From positions 352,001 to 416,000 of the forward strand of contig CAWGJT010000014.1 in the NCBI GenBank assembly GCA_963822965.1: a stretch of DNA of 64,000 bases. The letters run 5' to 3'. Positions 42,036 through 52,200 of the stretch are shown one piece after another. Source of the DNA: an uncultured delta proteobacterium. GTDB taxonomy: Bacteria > Myxococcota_A > UBA9160 > UBA4427. The notes under the pieces are model-generated. The model had not been told where the DNA came from. It did no database searches and saw only the letters and a program-made list of their open reading frames with translations. The translations under genes were made by a program, and so were the position numbers. Each line of letters starts with the position of its first letter. Position 1 is the stretch's first letter.

Positions 42036-42674
42036 ATGCGACGATTCGATGAAGCCACGACGATGCGCCGAGCGAGGCGGAGCCTTCCGTTCCTGGCGGC
42101 CGCACTCCTGGCCTCCGCGTGCGCGACCGGGACGCGGCACGCCCCCGTGGAGGTGCGCGACGAGAGCGGCTTCTCGATCACCGAAGACGTGAACGTCGGC
42201 TTCGGGGTGCGAGACGACTTCCAGAGCGCCGTACAGCTGCTCGAGCAGAACGAGTACGAGCGTGGCATCGCCCTGCTCCTCGAGGTGACGGAGGCGGCGC
42301 CGGATCTGACCGCGGCCCACATCGATCTGGGAATGGCCTATGCGCGAACCGACGACCTCGTACACGCGGAAGCCAGCCTGCAGCGGGCCCTCGAGCTGAA
42401 TCCGCGTCACCCCGTGGCGCTGAACGAGCTGGGCATCGTCTACCGCCGAAGCGGGCGCTTCGCGGAAGCTCGCGCGACATACGAAAAGGTGCTCTCGCTG
42501 TACCCGGACTTCCACTTCGCGCGTCGCAACCTCGCGATCCTCTGCGACGTGTACCTCGGGGACATTCCCTGCGCGGTCGAGCAGTACGAGATCTACACCC
42601 GGGAAATGCCCGACGACGAGCAGGCCGCCATGTGGATCGCCGACCTGCGCAACCGCGCTGGGAGCACGCAATGA
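42036..42674 (+). CDS. TPR lipoprotein, GltE/AglT-like
   Basis: ASAC lipobox; TPRs AHIDLGMAY, ALNELGIVYRRSGRF, ARRNLAILCDVYL; ends WIADL. Confidence 0.82.
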   Translation: MRRFDEATTMRRARRSLPFLAAALLASACATGTRHAPVEVRDESGFSITEDVNVGFGVRDDFQSAVQLLEQNEYERGIALLLEVTEAAPDLTAAHIDLGMAYARTDDLVHAEASLQRALELNPRHPVALNELGIVYRRSGRFAEARATYEKVLSLYPDFHFARRNLAILCDVYLGDIPCAVEQYEIYTREMPDDEQAAMWIADLRNRAGSTQ

Positions 42675-42952
42675 CCATTCGAACCATCGTCCTGTGTGTG
42701 CCGCTCCTCCTCATGGCCGCTTCGGTCGCCGCCGACGAGCCTGCGGAGAAGGGCGCCAAGCTGATCTCCGGTATGTCGATCGTGGGCAACGACGAGGCTC
42801 CCAAGTCGCTCGTCATCGTTCCGTGGAAGAGCTCGGAGCTCGGCCAGACGCTCGACTTCTCGAAGAGTCTCGACGCGGGACGTCAGCCCGTAGACAAGGA
42901 CGTATTCATGAGAGAGCTGCTCTACTACCAGATTCGGGCGGCGTCACAGTGA
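42671..42952 (+). CDS. Small exported protein, GltF/CglF-like
   Basis: ATGA overlap; MTIRTIVLCVPLLLMAASVAA signal; mature GMSIVGNDEAPKSLVIVPWK...PVDKDVFMRELLYY. Confidence 0.7.
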   Translation: MTIRTIVLCVPLLLMAASVAADEPAEKGAKLISGMSIVGNDEAPKSLVIVPWKSSELGQTLDFSKSLDAGRQPVDKDVFMRELLYYQIRAASQ

Positions 42953-43017
42953 CCGTGCGCCGGGGTCGGTCAGGCGTACGCCGGGACAACAAACGTTAGT
43001 TGCAGGAGGCTTCGGCC

Positions 43018-43674
43018 ATGGACTTGATTTATTCGATGGTAGGGTTCTTCGTGACGGGTGGGCCGTTCATGTACCCGATCCTGATCGTGTTCGCAGTGGG
43101 AGCTGCGATCGCGGTCGAGCGCTACGTCACGCTGACGCTCATGAGAGCGAAGAATCAGAGTGCGTGGAGCAAGGTGCAGCCCGCGCTGATGAACGGGAAC
43201 TTCGAAGAAGCGCGGGAAATGACCAGCAAGGACGATTCCACCATCTCGCAGCTGCTGAGCATGGGCCTCGCCCGCCAGGGCGCAGTCCGACGTCGCGAGG
43301 ACATCGAGATCGCGATGGAGGAGAGCATGATGGAAATCATTCCCCAGCTGGAGAAGCGGACGCCCTACGTGGCGCTGGCCTCCAGCATCGCGACGCTGCT
43401 GGGCCTGCTGGGCACGATCATGGGCCTCATCTCGGCCTTCACCGCGGTGGCCAACGCCAACCCGGCCGAGAAGGCGGACCTGCTCTCGGCCAGCATCTCG
43501 GTCGCGATGAACACCACGGCCTTCGGGCTGATGGTGGCCATTCCGCTGCTGATCACGCACACGGTCCTCACTGCGAAGACGAGTGAGATCATCGACAGCC
43601 TCGAGATGGCCTCCGTGAAGGCCCTCAACGCGATCTCGGGCCGGGCCAAGCGCCAGATGGACGTGGCAGCATGA
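43018..43674 (+). CDS. MotA/TolQ/ExbB proton-channel protein (AglR-like)
   Basis: GGAGG RBS; GGPFMYPI, ATLLGLLGTIMGLI, ISVAMNTTAFGLMVAIP. Confidence 0.95.
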   Translation: MDLIYSMVGFFVTGGPFMYPILIVFAVGAAIAVERYVTLTLMRAKNQSAWSKVQPALMNGNFEEAREMTSKDDSTISQLLSMGLARQGAVRRREDIEIAMEESMMEIIPQLEKRTPYVALASSIATLLGLLGTIMGLISAFTAVANANPAEKADLLSASISVAMNTTAFGLMVAIPLLITHTVLTAKTSEIIDSLEMASVKALNAISGRAKRQMDVAA

Positions 43675-44162
43675 GCCAGCAACACCACTACAGGCGGCGC
43701 GAGAAGGAAGCGCTCGAGCCGGACATGACCACCTTCCTGAACCTGATGGTGGTGTTGGTTCCGTTCCTGCTGATCACGGCCGTGTTCTCGCGCATCACGA
43801 TCGTCGAGCTCAGCCTTCCGACCTCTGCGGGAGGGTCGGCGGCTCGCGAAGCGAGCTTCCGGGTCGAAGTCATCGTTCGCGATCGCGGGCTCGAGGTTTC
43901 GAACGGAAGGGCGGTGATCGCGACGCTTCCGAAGGTGAACGACGAATACGACCTGGCGCGCCTGAGCGAGCTGGTGATCGAGCTCAAGCGCGATCATCCC
44001 GATCTGGACGACGCGTCGGTGCTGCTGGAGCCGGACATCGAGTACGACCATCTGATCCAGGTCATGGACGTCGTGCGGAGCGCCGAGCTCGCGGGAGTGG
44101 GTGACGCGCCCGCGACGCGGCTCGCCCTCTTCACCGACATCGCCATCGGAGACGCCCCGTGA
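43671..44162 (+). CDS. ExbD/TolR-family protein 1 (Asn at the conserved Asp position)
   Basis: PDMTTFLNLMVVLVPFLL TM helix; periplasmic EPDIEYDHLIQVMDVVR. Confidence 0.9.
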   Translation: MSQQHHYRRREKEALEPDMTTFLNLMVVLVPFLLITAVFSRITIVELSLPTSAGGSAAREASFRVEVIVRDRGLEVSNGRAVIATLPKVNDEYDLARLSELVIELKRDHPDLDDASVLLEPDIEYDHLIQVMDVVRSAELAGVGDAPATRLALFTDIAIGDAP

Positions 44163-44668
44163 AGAGCTCTCGCAGAATGAAGCGCATGTCGCGGCACCGG
44201 GGGAAGGTCACGAAGATGAACCTGACCTCGCTGATGGACGTGTTCACGATCCTGGTCTTCTTCCTGCTCGTCAACTCCGCCTCGACGGAGGTCCTGGAGA
44301 CGCCGAAGCAGATCACGCTTCCCGCGTCGGTGGTCGAGCAGAAGCCGCGGGAGACGGTCGTCATCTTCGTCTCGCCCACCGAAGTGACGGTGCAGGGGGA
44401 GGTGGTGGCGCTGGTGGAGGACATCCTGTCGGCGAACGGACAGAACATCGGACCGATCGGCGACCGGCTCGCGGAGGTGAACGAGAACGTCATCGGCTTG
44501 AAGACGGCGCAGGTGGCCGAGAGCCGAGAGGTGACGATCCTCGTCGACCGGACGGTCCCGTTCCAGGTCGTCAAGAAGGTGATGTCGACATGCACCAGCC
44601 AGGGTTTCGGCCGCATCTCTCTGGCGGTGCTGCAGAAGGCGCCGGAGAACCTCGCAGCCCAGGGGTAG
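44159..44668 (+). CDS. ExbD/TolR-family protein 2
   Basis: MNLTSLMDVFTILVFFLL TM helix with Asp; ILVDRTVPFQVVKKVMSTC...ISLAV. Confidence 0.92.
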   Translation: MKSSRRMKRMSRHRGKVTKMNLTSLMDVFTILVFFLLVNSASTEVLETPKQITLPASVVEQKPRETVVIFVSPTEVTVQGEVVALVEDILSANGQNIGPIGDRLAEVNENVIGLKTAQVAESREVTILVDRTVPFQVVKKVMSTCTSQGFGRISLAVLQKAPENLAAQG

Positions 44669-44677
44669 TGTGATCAC

Positions 44678-46045
44678 GTGGACGAACTAGCACTGGACGG
44701 CCAAGAGACGCTCCACGATCAGCTCTCGCAAGCGCGCGAGAAGCTGGATGCGCTCGTGCGAGATCTGCGCGCCATCGACGGCGAGATGGACGCTCTCTCG
44801 ACCGAGCGTCAGAAGTACCAGCTCCTGGGCGAGGTCTGCGTCCGGCTCGAGCAGCTGAGCGATCTCGGCGCGGCCGGGTTGTTCTGGGGTGAGCGCGCGG
44901 TGAACGGCGAGATCCAGGACCACCTGCGCCTCGCGCGCGGAAGGCTCGACTCCTTCCAGAAGACCCTGGACGAGATCGAGGAGAGGCGCCAGGCCGTCGT
45001 CGAGGAGATCGAGCGGGCGCAGGAGAGCACCGAGTTCATCGAGGACGACCTCCTCGAGGCGGAACGCCAGGCCGAGCAGCGCAAGCTGGAATGGATCGTC
45101 GAGCGGGAGGACGCTTCCTTCCCCGTGCGCCCCGCGGTGATGCCCTGGGCCCGGGGCGGCGAGGACGACCAACGCTTCCGCAAGGCCCTGGCTGCGGCGC
45201 TGCTCCTGAGCCTGCTCCTGGGTCTTCTGCTGCCGATGATCGACCTGCCGTTGCCGGAGCCGTGGGCGACGGTCGAGGTGCCGGAGCGCCTGGCCCGGCT
45301 GATCCAGGAGCGTCCGGAGCCGGCCCCCCCGCCGCCGCCCGTGCAGGAGGAGAAGAAGCTCCAGGAGACGAGTGAACCCGAGCTCGCCCAGGAGTCGGCA
45401 CCGGCCCAGAAGACGCCGAAGGCCACGCCCAAGAAGGTGACCGCCTCGAAGGGCATCCTCGCCTTCCGGGAGAAGTTCTCGAGCCTCGCCGACAACGAGC
45501 CCGCCGCGCGCCTGGGCTCACAGGCCCGCATCCGCGACCCGGGTGAAGTTGCAGCCGGGCGCTCGCAGCGCTCGATGGTCACGGCCCAGGGCGCGGGGTC
45601 CAGCGGCGGAATCGACGTCGGCACGCTGAGCCGGGACTTCGGCGGGGGCGGGGACTCGGAGATCGAAGGCGTTCAGGTCGCGCGCGCCACCAGCTCGATC
45701 GGCGCCGTCGGCGGCTCCGATCGGCCTCTGAGCGGCGACGGGCCGGGGTTGTCGCGCACGGACGAGGAGATCCAGATCGTATTCGATCGCCACAAGGCGG
45801 CGCTCTACCGCCTGTACAACCGGGAGCTGCGGCGGGATCCGACCCTGAAGGGACAGATGGTGCTCCGCATCCGGATCGAGCCGGACGGCAGCGTGTCCCT
45901 GTGCGAGCTGCACTCCTCGGACATGAAGGCCCCCCAGCTCTCGGCCCAGGTCGTCGAGCGCGTCGGGACCTTCGACTTCGGCGCCAAGGAGGGAATCCCG
46001 GCGATCACGATCCTCTATCCCATCGACTTCCTGCCGGCCACGTGA
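44678..46045 (+). CDS. TonB-like energy transducer with AgmX/PglI-type C-terminal domain (GltG-like)
   Basis: Cytoplasmic coiled coil, one TM helix, Pro/Lys/Glu- and Gly-rich linker, C-terminal RTDEEIQIVFDRHKAALYRLYNRELRRDPTLKGQMVLRIRIEPDGSV...YPIDF. Confidence 0.85.
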   Translation: MDELALDGQETLHDQLSQAREKLDALVRDLRAIDGEMDALSTERQKYQLLGEVCVRLEQLSDLGAAGLFWGERAVNGEIQDHLRLARGRLDSFQKTLDEIEERRQAVVEEIERAQESTEFIEDDLLEAERQAEQRKLEWIVEREDASFPVRPAVMPWARGGEDDQRFRKALAAALLLSLLLGLLLPMIDLPLPEPWATVEVPERLARLIQERPEPAPPPPPVQEEKKLQETSEPELAQESAPAQKTPKATPKKVTASKGILAFREKFSSLADNEPAARLGSQARIRDPGEVAAGRSQRSMVTAQGAGSSGGIDVGTLSRDFGGGGDSEIEGVQVARATSSIGAVGGSDRPLSGDGPGLSRTDEEIQIVFDRHKAALYRLYNRELRRDPTLKGQMVLRIRIEPDGSVSLCELHSSDMKAPQLSAQVVERVGTFDFGAKEGIPAITILYPIDFLPAT

Positions 46046-46112
46046 CGCGCGATGAGGAGGACGACGACCACCACGAATTTCGTTTGACAGATTGAGCCCC
46101 AGGCTCAACGCG

Positions 46113-46203
46113 ATTCAGAAAAAGGCAAAGCCATCGAAAGGTGGCGACGCAAAGTCACCGGTCTACAGGGCCCAGGGCCCCACGACAGCGGGACCGCCGG
46201 AAT
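46113..46203 (+). ncRNA. Cyclic di-GMP-I (GEMM-I) riboswitch aptamer
   Basis: ATTC...GGCAAA-GCCATC-GAAA-GGTGGC-GACGCAAAG-TCACCGGTCTAC...ACGACAGCGGGACCGCCGGAAT: P1, GNRA-capped P2, conserved GACGCAAA junction and P3. Confidence 0.9.
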
Positions 46204-46244
46204 CCTGCCCTTTCCTCGGGCTTCCTCGGTCCCCTTTTCTTTTT
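46190..46244 (+). terminator. Intrinsic terminator overlapping the aptamer 3' strand
   Basis: GGGACCG (46190-46196) pairs with CGGTCCC (46227-46233), with inner GGAA/TTCC and CCTG/CGGG pairs, followed by TTTTCTTTTT. Confidence 0.8.
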
Positions 46245-46284
46245 GGCGCAGCGTCGACTCGCCTGATGGAGAACGAGGCAGCAA

Positions 46285-49200
46285 ATGGTCCGCCGCGAAC
46301 GGCGCAGGGTGAGGCGAGCAGGAAGCAGCACGATGGGCATCGTGCTGGCCGGCCTTGCCGCGCTCTCGCTGCTTGCCGGGCGGGCGTCCGCCCAGGTCGT
46401 CCCGGCGACGTGCCCGGCCCAGCTCGGCACCGCGAACCTCATCCGCCACGACTTCAGCGTCTCCTTCTGCGAGCTGTGCGACGTCGGCACCGTCCGCATC
46501 GTGGTCGAGAACCCCTTCGGGCCCTCGGACGACATCGACTTCTCGGACCTCGTCGTCACCGAGAACCTGATGGCCTCGGGCCTCACCTACGTGCCGGGCA
46601 CCACGACCTTCACGGGCAACAACATCGCGGTACCGTCGGTCGTGGAGCCCACCGTGAGCGGCCCGAACGGCCGCGTCCTGACCTGGACCCTGGACCCCGG
46701 CTTCATCATGCGCGCGCGGCCCGGGGGCGGGAACAACCGCGCGAGGCTGATCATCCAGTTCCAGGTGCGGCGGGACGCGAGCGTCGGCGAGGAGGGCCTC
46801 GTCCAGGCGAACCGGACCATCGAAGCCTCGGTGGAGCTGACGCCGAGCTGCGCGCCGGGCGAGCGCTTCACCGACCTCTCCGGCCCGGGGACGCTGCCGC
46901 TCCGCGAGCCGATCCCCCGCATCATCAAGCGCGGCCGCAACGTCGACGCCGGCCAGAGCGCGGGCCGCTACTCCGACCCGGTCTACGGGCACGCGGGAGA
47001 CGACGTGATCTGGCGCATCGAGGTGCGCAACAGCGGCCTCGCCGACCTCCAGGACTTCGAGTTCAGCGACTCGATGGTGCCCGGAAACTTCGAGACCGAC
47101 TACGTGTGCGACAGCGAGGCCGAGGCGACGGCCGCGGCGAACGGCGCCGCGCCGCCCGGATGTCTCGCGGTGGGCGGCACGACCGACGTCCTCGGCCTGG
47201 ACGTGCGGGCGGTCTTCGGCGGAGCGGCAAACCCCTACATCGTCGCGCCCGCCGGCGGCAGGGGCTTCTACTACCTCGTGGGTCGCGTGACGAACTCCTG
47301 CGTGAACCGCACCAACACGGTCTTCGACGTCGAGTGGGGCTGTCAGAGCCAGCCGCCGACGGGAGGCATCACGGCCACCTCGAACGGCACCGTGCCCGGC
47401 GACTCGGCGCTCCTGAGCACCCAGTCCGTCGAGACCGGGCTCGCCGTCGACGTGGCGCTCACGGGCACCAATACCGCACAGCCCATGGGCTCCAAGGGCA
47501 CGGTGACCATCACGATCCGCAACAACACCGGCGGCACCATCAAGGACGGAGGTACGGGCATCCGTCTGCGGGACCTCCTGCCGCCGGAATACGTGGTCGA
47601 TCCGACCTTCGCGCCGACGGTGGCGGTGGCGCCGGCCTACAACAACGCCTACCCGGGCATGGTGGATACCCTCACGTGGACCAACCCGGCCGCGAGCACG
47701 GCGCCCCTGACCAACACCACTCCCGAGTTCCTGCTCACGAGCAGCACCGTGCATCCCGACTTCCCGGGCCAGCGCAACATGATCCGCCACGGAGACGTCG
47801 TGACGGTGACCTTCCGGACGGTGCTCATCGACCCGCAGTACTACGATCGGGTCGCGAACCTCGACGTGCGGACCGAGGCGCCCAACAGCGATCCGCCCGG
47901 CACCGATCCCACCGCGAGCTTCCCGATCAGCAACCGCACGGAGATCTGGTTCGAGGAGTTCTGTACCGCCAACGAGCACCACCTCGTGATCGACGACAAC
48001 TCCGTGGCGCGTCCGGAGGACCTGGACGTGGACGTCGTCGGGCCCGAGCTCGTCTTCATCCTCACCAACACGGGAGACCCGCTGCCGTTGACCGTGGCGC
48101 TCACCAACAACGGCGGACACGATGCGGACGACTACATCGCCTACGTGACCTTCGGCGAGGCGATGGTCGTGCAGAGCGCTCCGGCCGGCTGTACGGCCAC
48201 CACCAACCCACCCGCGTTCCCGGTCTGGCAGACCCCGGTCACCCTTCCGGGCACCGCGTCGGTGTACGTGTGCGACCGCGGCGTGATTTCTCCCGGTGAG
48301 ACGGAGCTGCTCGACTTCCAGGTCGTGAAGAACACCGCGGCCAGCTTCGACGACGATCTCACCTTCCGCGCCGACGTGATCGGGGAGATCACGTTGAGCG
48401 ACGGAACGCCGCTGGCGTTCCCGGACCCCATCGCGCGGACCGACGGCATCACGGATCGAGCGAACAACTACACGCTGGACGCCCTGTGGGCTCGCGTGAT
48501 CGGCTACAACCTCTTCAAGGACCAGCAGGGCACCTGCTCCGAGAACAATCCGCCTCCGGGCGATCCGGACGCCGAGGTGCAGATCGGCGAGGAGTGCACC
48601 TTCCACGTCGAATCGGGAGGCTGGTTCGGGTTCCAGACGCCCGGCTTCACGTACATCGCCGTCCAGAACATCCAGGTCGTCGACCAGATTCCCGACGGCC
48701 AGGGCTACGTCTCCTCCACGGACCCGCTCGTGACGAGCACCTCGGCGATTCTGGGCGTCTCGCTGAATCCGCCGCCCCAACCCCTCGAGGAAGGTCCCTT
48801 CGACTGGACCTTCAACACCGTCGTTCCGGCGGAGCGCATCACCGAGAAGGACCACTGGTTCCGGGTGGACGTCACGACGCGGCTGCTGAACGATCCCCTG
48901 GATACGAGCGCCGCCCCGAACGTCCATGCCGCCCCCAGCAGCAACGTGATGACCTCGACCTTCGAGGCGATCTTCTACAACCAGGTGACCGATCAGGAGG
49001 AGCTCTACAACCTCGGGCCGAACACCGTGGGATTCCCCCGCGAGGTGCACCGGCGGGTCGATCTCACGGTCACCGAGCCCCACCTGACCGTCACCAAGGA
49101 GGTCTGCAACGAGACCATCTACGGCGTCGGTCCGGCCTGCACCAACTTCGTACCCCTCGCGGACGACGGCGACGCCTTCGACACCTACGTGTATCGGGTG

Positions 49201-52200
49201 ACCGTCGCGAACGAAGCGGCGAGCGGCGGCGTGGCCCGGGCGCCCGCGTACGACGTCACGGTGACGACCGTGACGGATCCCAGCGATCAGCTCTTCGTCG
49301 ACCCGCTGACCGGTGACGCCCTGGACAACGACGGCGACGCGCCGCTCATCGACGCGGGAGACGCCAACGGTGAGGGCGTGATCACCGACAACACGGTGCT
49401 CAACGCCGTGCCGGCCCAGATCGTCGAGTCCTATACGAACAGCGACGCGCTGCTGCGCATCGACGCCGGGGAGAGCGTCGTGTTCTACTACCGGGTGGAT
49501 CCCGACGACATGGTCGCCCCGTTGCAGCAGCTGACCAATTCGGCCACGGCGTCCTACGACAGCCTCGAAGGCGCTTCCGGGGGCCAGACGACGCCCCAGG
49601 GCGCCAACGGGGAGGCCGGCGGAGCGCGCCAGTACGTGTCGGCGCCGGGAACGGCGACGATCCAGATCATTCCGGTGCAGGTCCCGCCCAAGCGCATCGT
49701 GCAGGTGTCGAACTCGCCCCTGGCGGTGCCGCCCGCTACACAGCCGGTCTCCATCGGAGAGGAGGTGGAGTTCGAGCTGCGTGCGCTGATCCCGGTGGCC
49801 CAGCTGCGGAGCTTCGTGATCCGCGACGAGCTGCCCGAGGGCCTCACCTGCGCGGAGGCCCCCGTGGTGGACCTCGGCGCCGCGCCCTACGCGGCGGCGG
49901 CCTTCGTGCCGGGCGGCGTCTTCACACCGACCTGTACCGACACCGAGGTGGTCTGGGACTTCGGCAACCAGACCGTCACCCAGTCGAATCGGTCGGACAG
50001 ACGCTTCGACTTCGGGGTTCGCTTCGTCGCTCGCGTGGGCAACCTCGCCGTCAACCAGGAGGGCGTGGTGATCACCAACGGCGGCAGCGCCACGGTGACC
50101 ACGGTCTCCTACGTCGACGAGGCCCTGAACCCGGTGGTGATCCCGATCGACGCGGCGGCGGTCGTGGTCCGCGAGCCGGTGATCGCCCTGGAGAAGGCGT
50201 TCTCGACCGCCCTGACCGATGCGGCCGACCTGCCTCGCGTGACCGTCACCGCCACGAACACCGGGACGGCCACCGCCTACAACCTGCGCGTCCTGGACGA
50301 CCTCTCGGCGGGTCGCATCCACTTCTTCGGCGACGTCAGCGGGACCGATCCCCCGACCGCCGATGTCACCACGTTCGGCCCGGACCTCCCGCTCTTCACC
50401 TGGGCGCCGGGCTTCGCGATCGCACCCGGCGAGTCGGTCTCCTTCTCGTTCGCCGTGCAGGTGGACGGAGCCGTGGAGCCTCTCGAGGTTCTGGACAACA
50501 CGATCCAGGCCGACTGGACCTCCCTGCCGAGCAGCACGACGGCCCTGAACTCCAGCGGGCAGATCGGACCCGACGGCACGCCCACGGGCATGCGCAACGG
50601 GGCCCTGCCGAACGCCGCCGTCGCGCCCAACGACTACGAAGCCCAGGCGACGGCGGCGATGTCCGTGCCCCCGCTCACCGTGACGAAGACCGATCTCGAC
50701 CCGGCACTCACGCCCGAGATCGGCGTCCACAAGTCCTTCGAGGTGGTGATCGAGCTGCCCGAGGGCGTGAGCCAGGACGTCGTCGTCAACGACGACCTCG
50801 CTTCGGGCACGACCAGCTACGTGCTCACCCGGAACGCGGACTTCGACGTCAGCTATGCGTTCGAAGGGATCGCGAGCGTCAACGGGCAGGCGCCGGCCGA
50901 GGCCGCCTTCCTCGCCGTCCCGGTCGACGGGACGAGCGGGACCGCCGTCTGGTCGATCGGAACGGTGGTCACCGATGCGGAGGACGACTTCGCGACCCAG
51001 ACCGTGAACCCGACCATCCGGATCCGCTACTTCGCGCGCATCAACAACGACCTCACGACGAACGTGGGCAGCGCCCTCCAGAACACCGCGCTGCTGAACT
51101 ACACGAACGGCGAGACCGGCGCTCAGGAGGCGCTCCTCTCCGCCACCGCACCGGTGGTGGCGACCGAGTCCTCGCTCACCGCCACCAAGGTCCTGACCAA
51201 CGTGACGGTGGGCAAGGCGCCGGGAGATCCCCCGGCCTTCGGCGACATCCTCCAGTACGTGGTCACCATCGTGAACGGCGGCAACGCGACCGCGTATGAC
51301 GTGAACGTGGTCGACACCCTGCCGCCCGAGCTGATGCTCTACGCGGGCTTCACGCCGACGGCCGAGATCAGCTCCGTCCCCGTGGCCGGGTTCGTGGCAA
51401 CGCCCGGCGGCGCGCCCGACGGGCCGCTGGTGTGGGGGCGCCAGAACGGCGACGACAGCCTCGACATTCCGCAGGGCGGCTTCCTGGCGCTCACCTACCA
51501 GGTGGTCGTCCGCACGCCGCTGCTCGACCCGACGCTCATCGAGAACAGCGTCTTCACCGACTGGACCTCCCTCGACGCAGACAGCGTCTACGAGCGGACC
51601 GGCGACGGCTGCCCGGTGGTCACACCCCCGGACGACTACTGCTTCGGGCCGGCGGTGGCGTCGGGGACGGCAGAGCCCGTTCCGCCTCCGGCCGCCCTGC
51701 TGAAGGAGAACACCCAGGCGACCGCCTCGGTGGGAGAGGCCTTCCGGTACCGAATCACGGTTCCCGCGACTCCCTACGCGTTCGCGCTGAACGACGTGCG
51801 AATCCACGACGACCTGACCGCGTCCGCGGCCGACCTCCGCTTCCTGAGCGTCTCGAAGATCCAGGGCTCGGGTGCCTGGACCCCGGTCAATACCGGCACT
51901 GCGACCAACCTGACGATCGAAGACACGACCAACGGCATCGACATTCCGGCCGGCGAGCAGATCGTCGTGGAGATCACCGTCGTCCTCGAGAATACGGCGA
52001 CGAACGTGAGCGGGCTCGCGTTCACCAACACCGCTTCGTACATCTACAACTGGGTCGACGGCGATCCCGCGAGCCAGCGTCCGGGCATGCCCGGCACCAC
52101 GGCGCCCATGACGATCGTGGGCCCGGACGTGCTGACGCTCGTGAAGAGCGGCCCGCCGACGATGACGCTGGGGACCCCCGCGACCTTCACCCTCGACGTC

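Noticed and set aside
43018..46045. Ordinary TonB-ExbBD uptake, Tol-Pal, flagellar MotAB or Zorya ZorAB locus
   Set aside because: No TonB-dependent receptor, tolB/pal, flagellar or zorC/D/E genes; two ExbD-like genes plus TPR lipoproteins and an AgmX/PglI-type C-domain fit the Agl-Glt core better.
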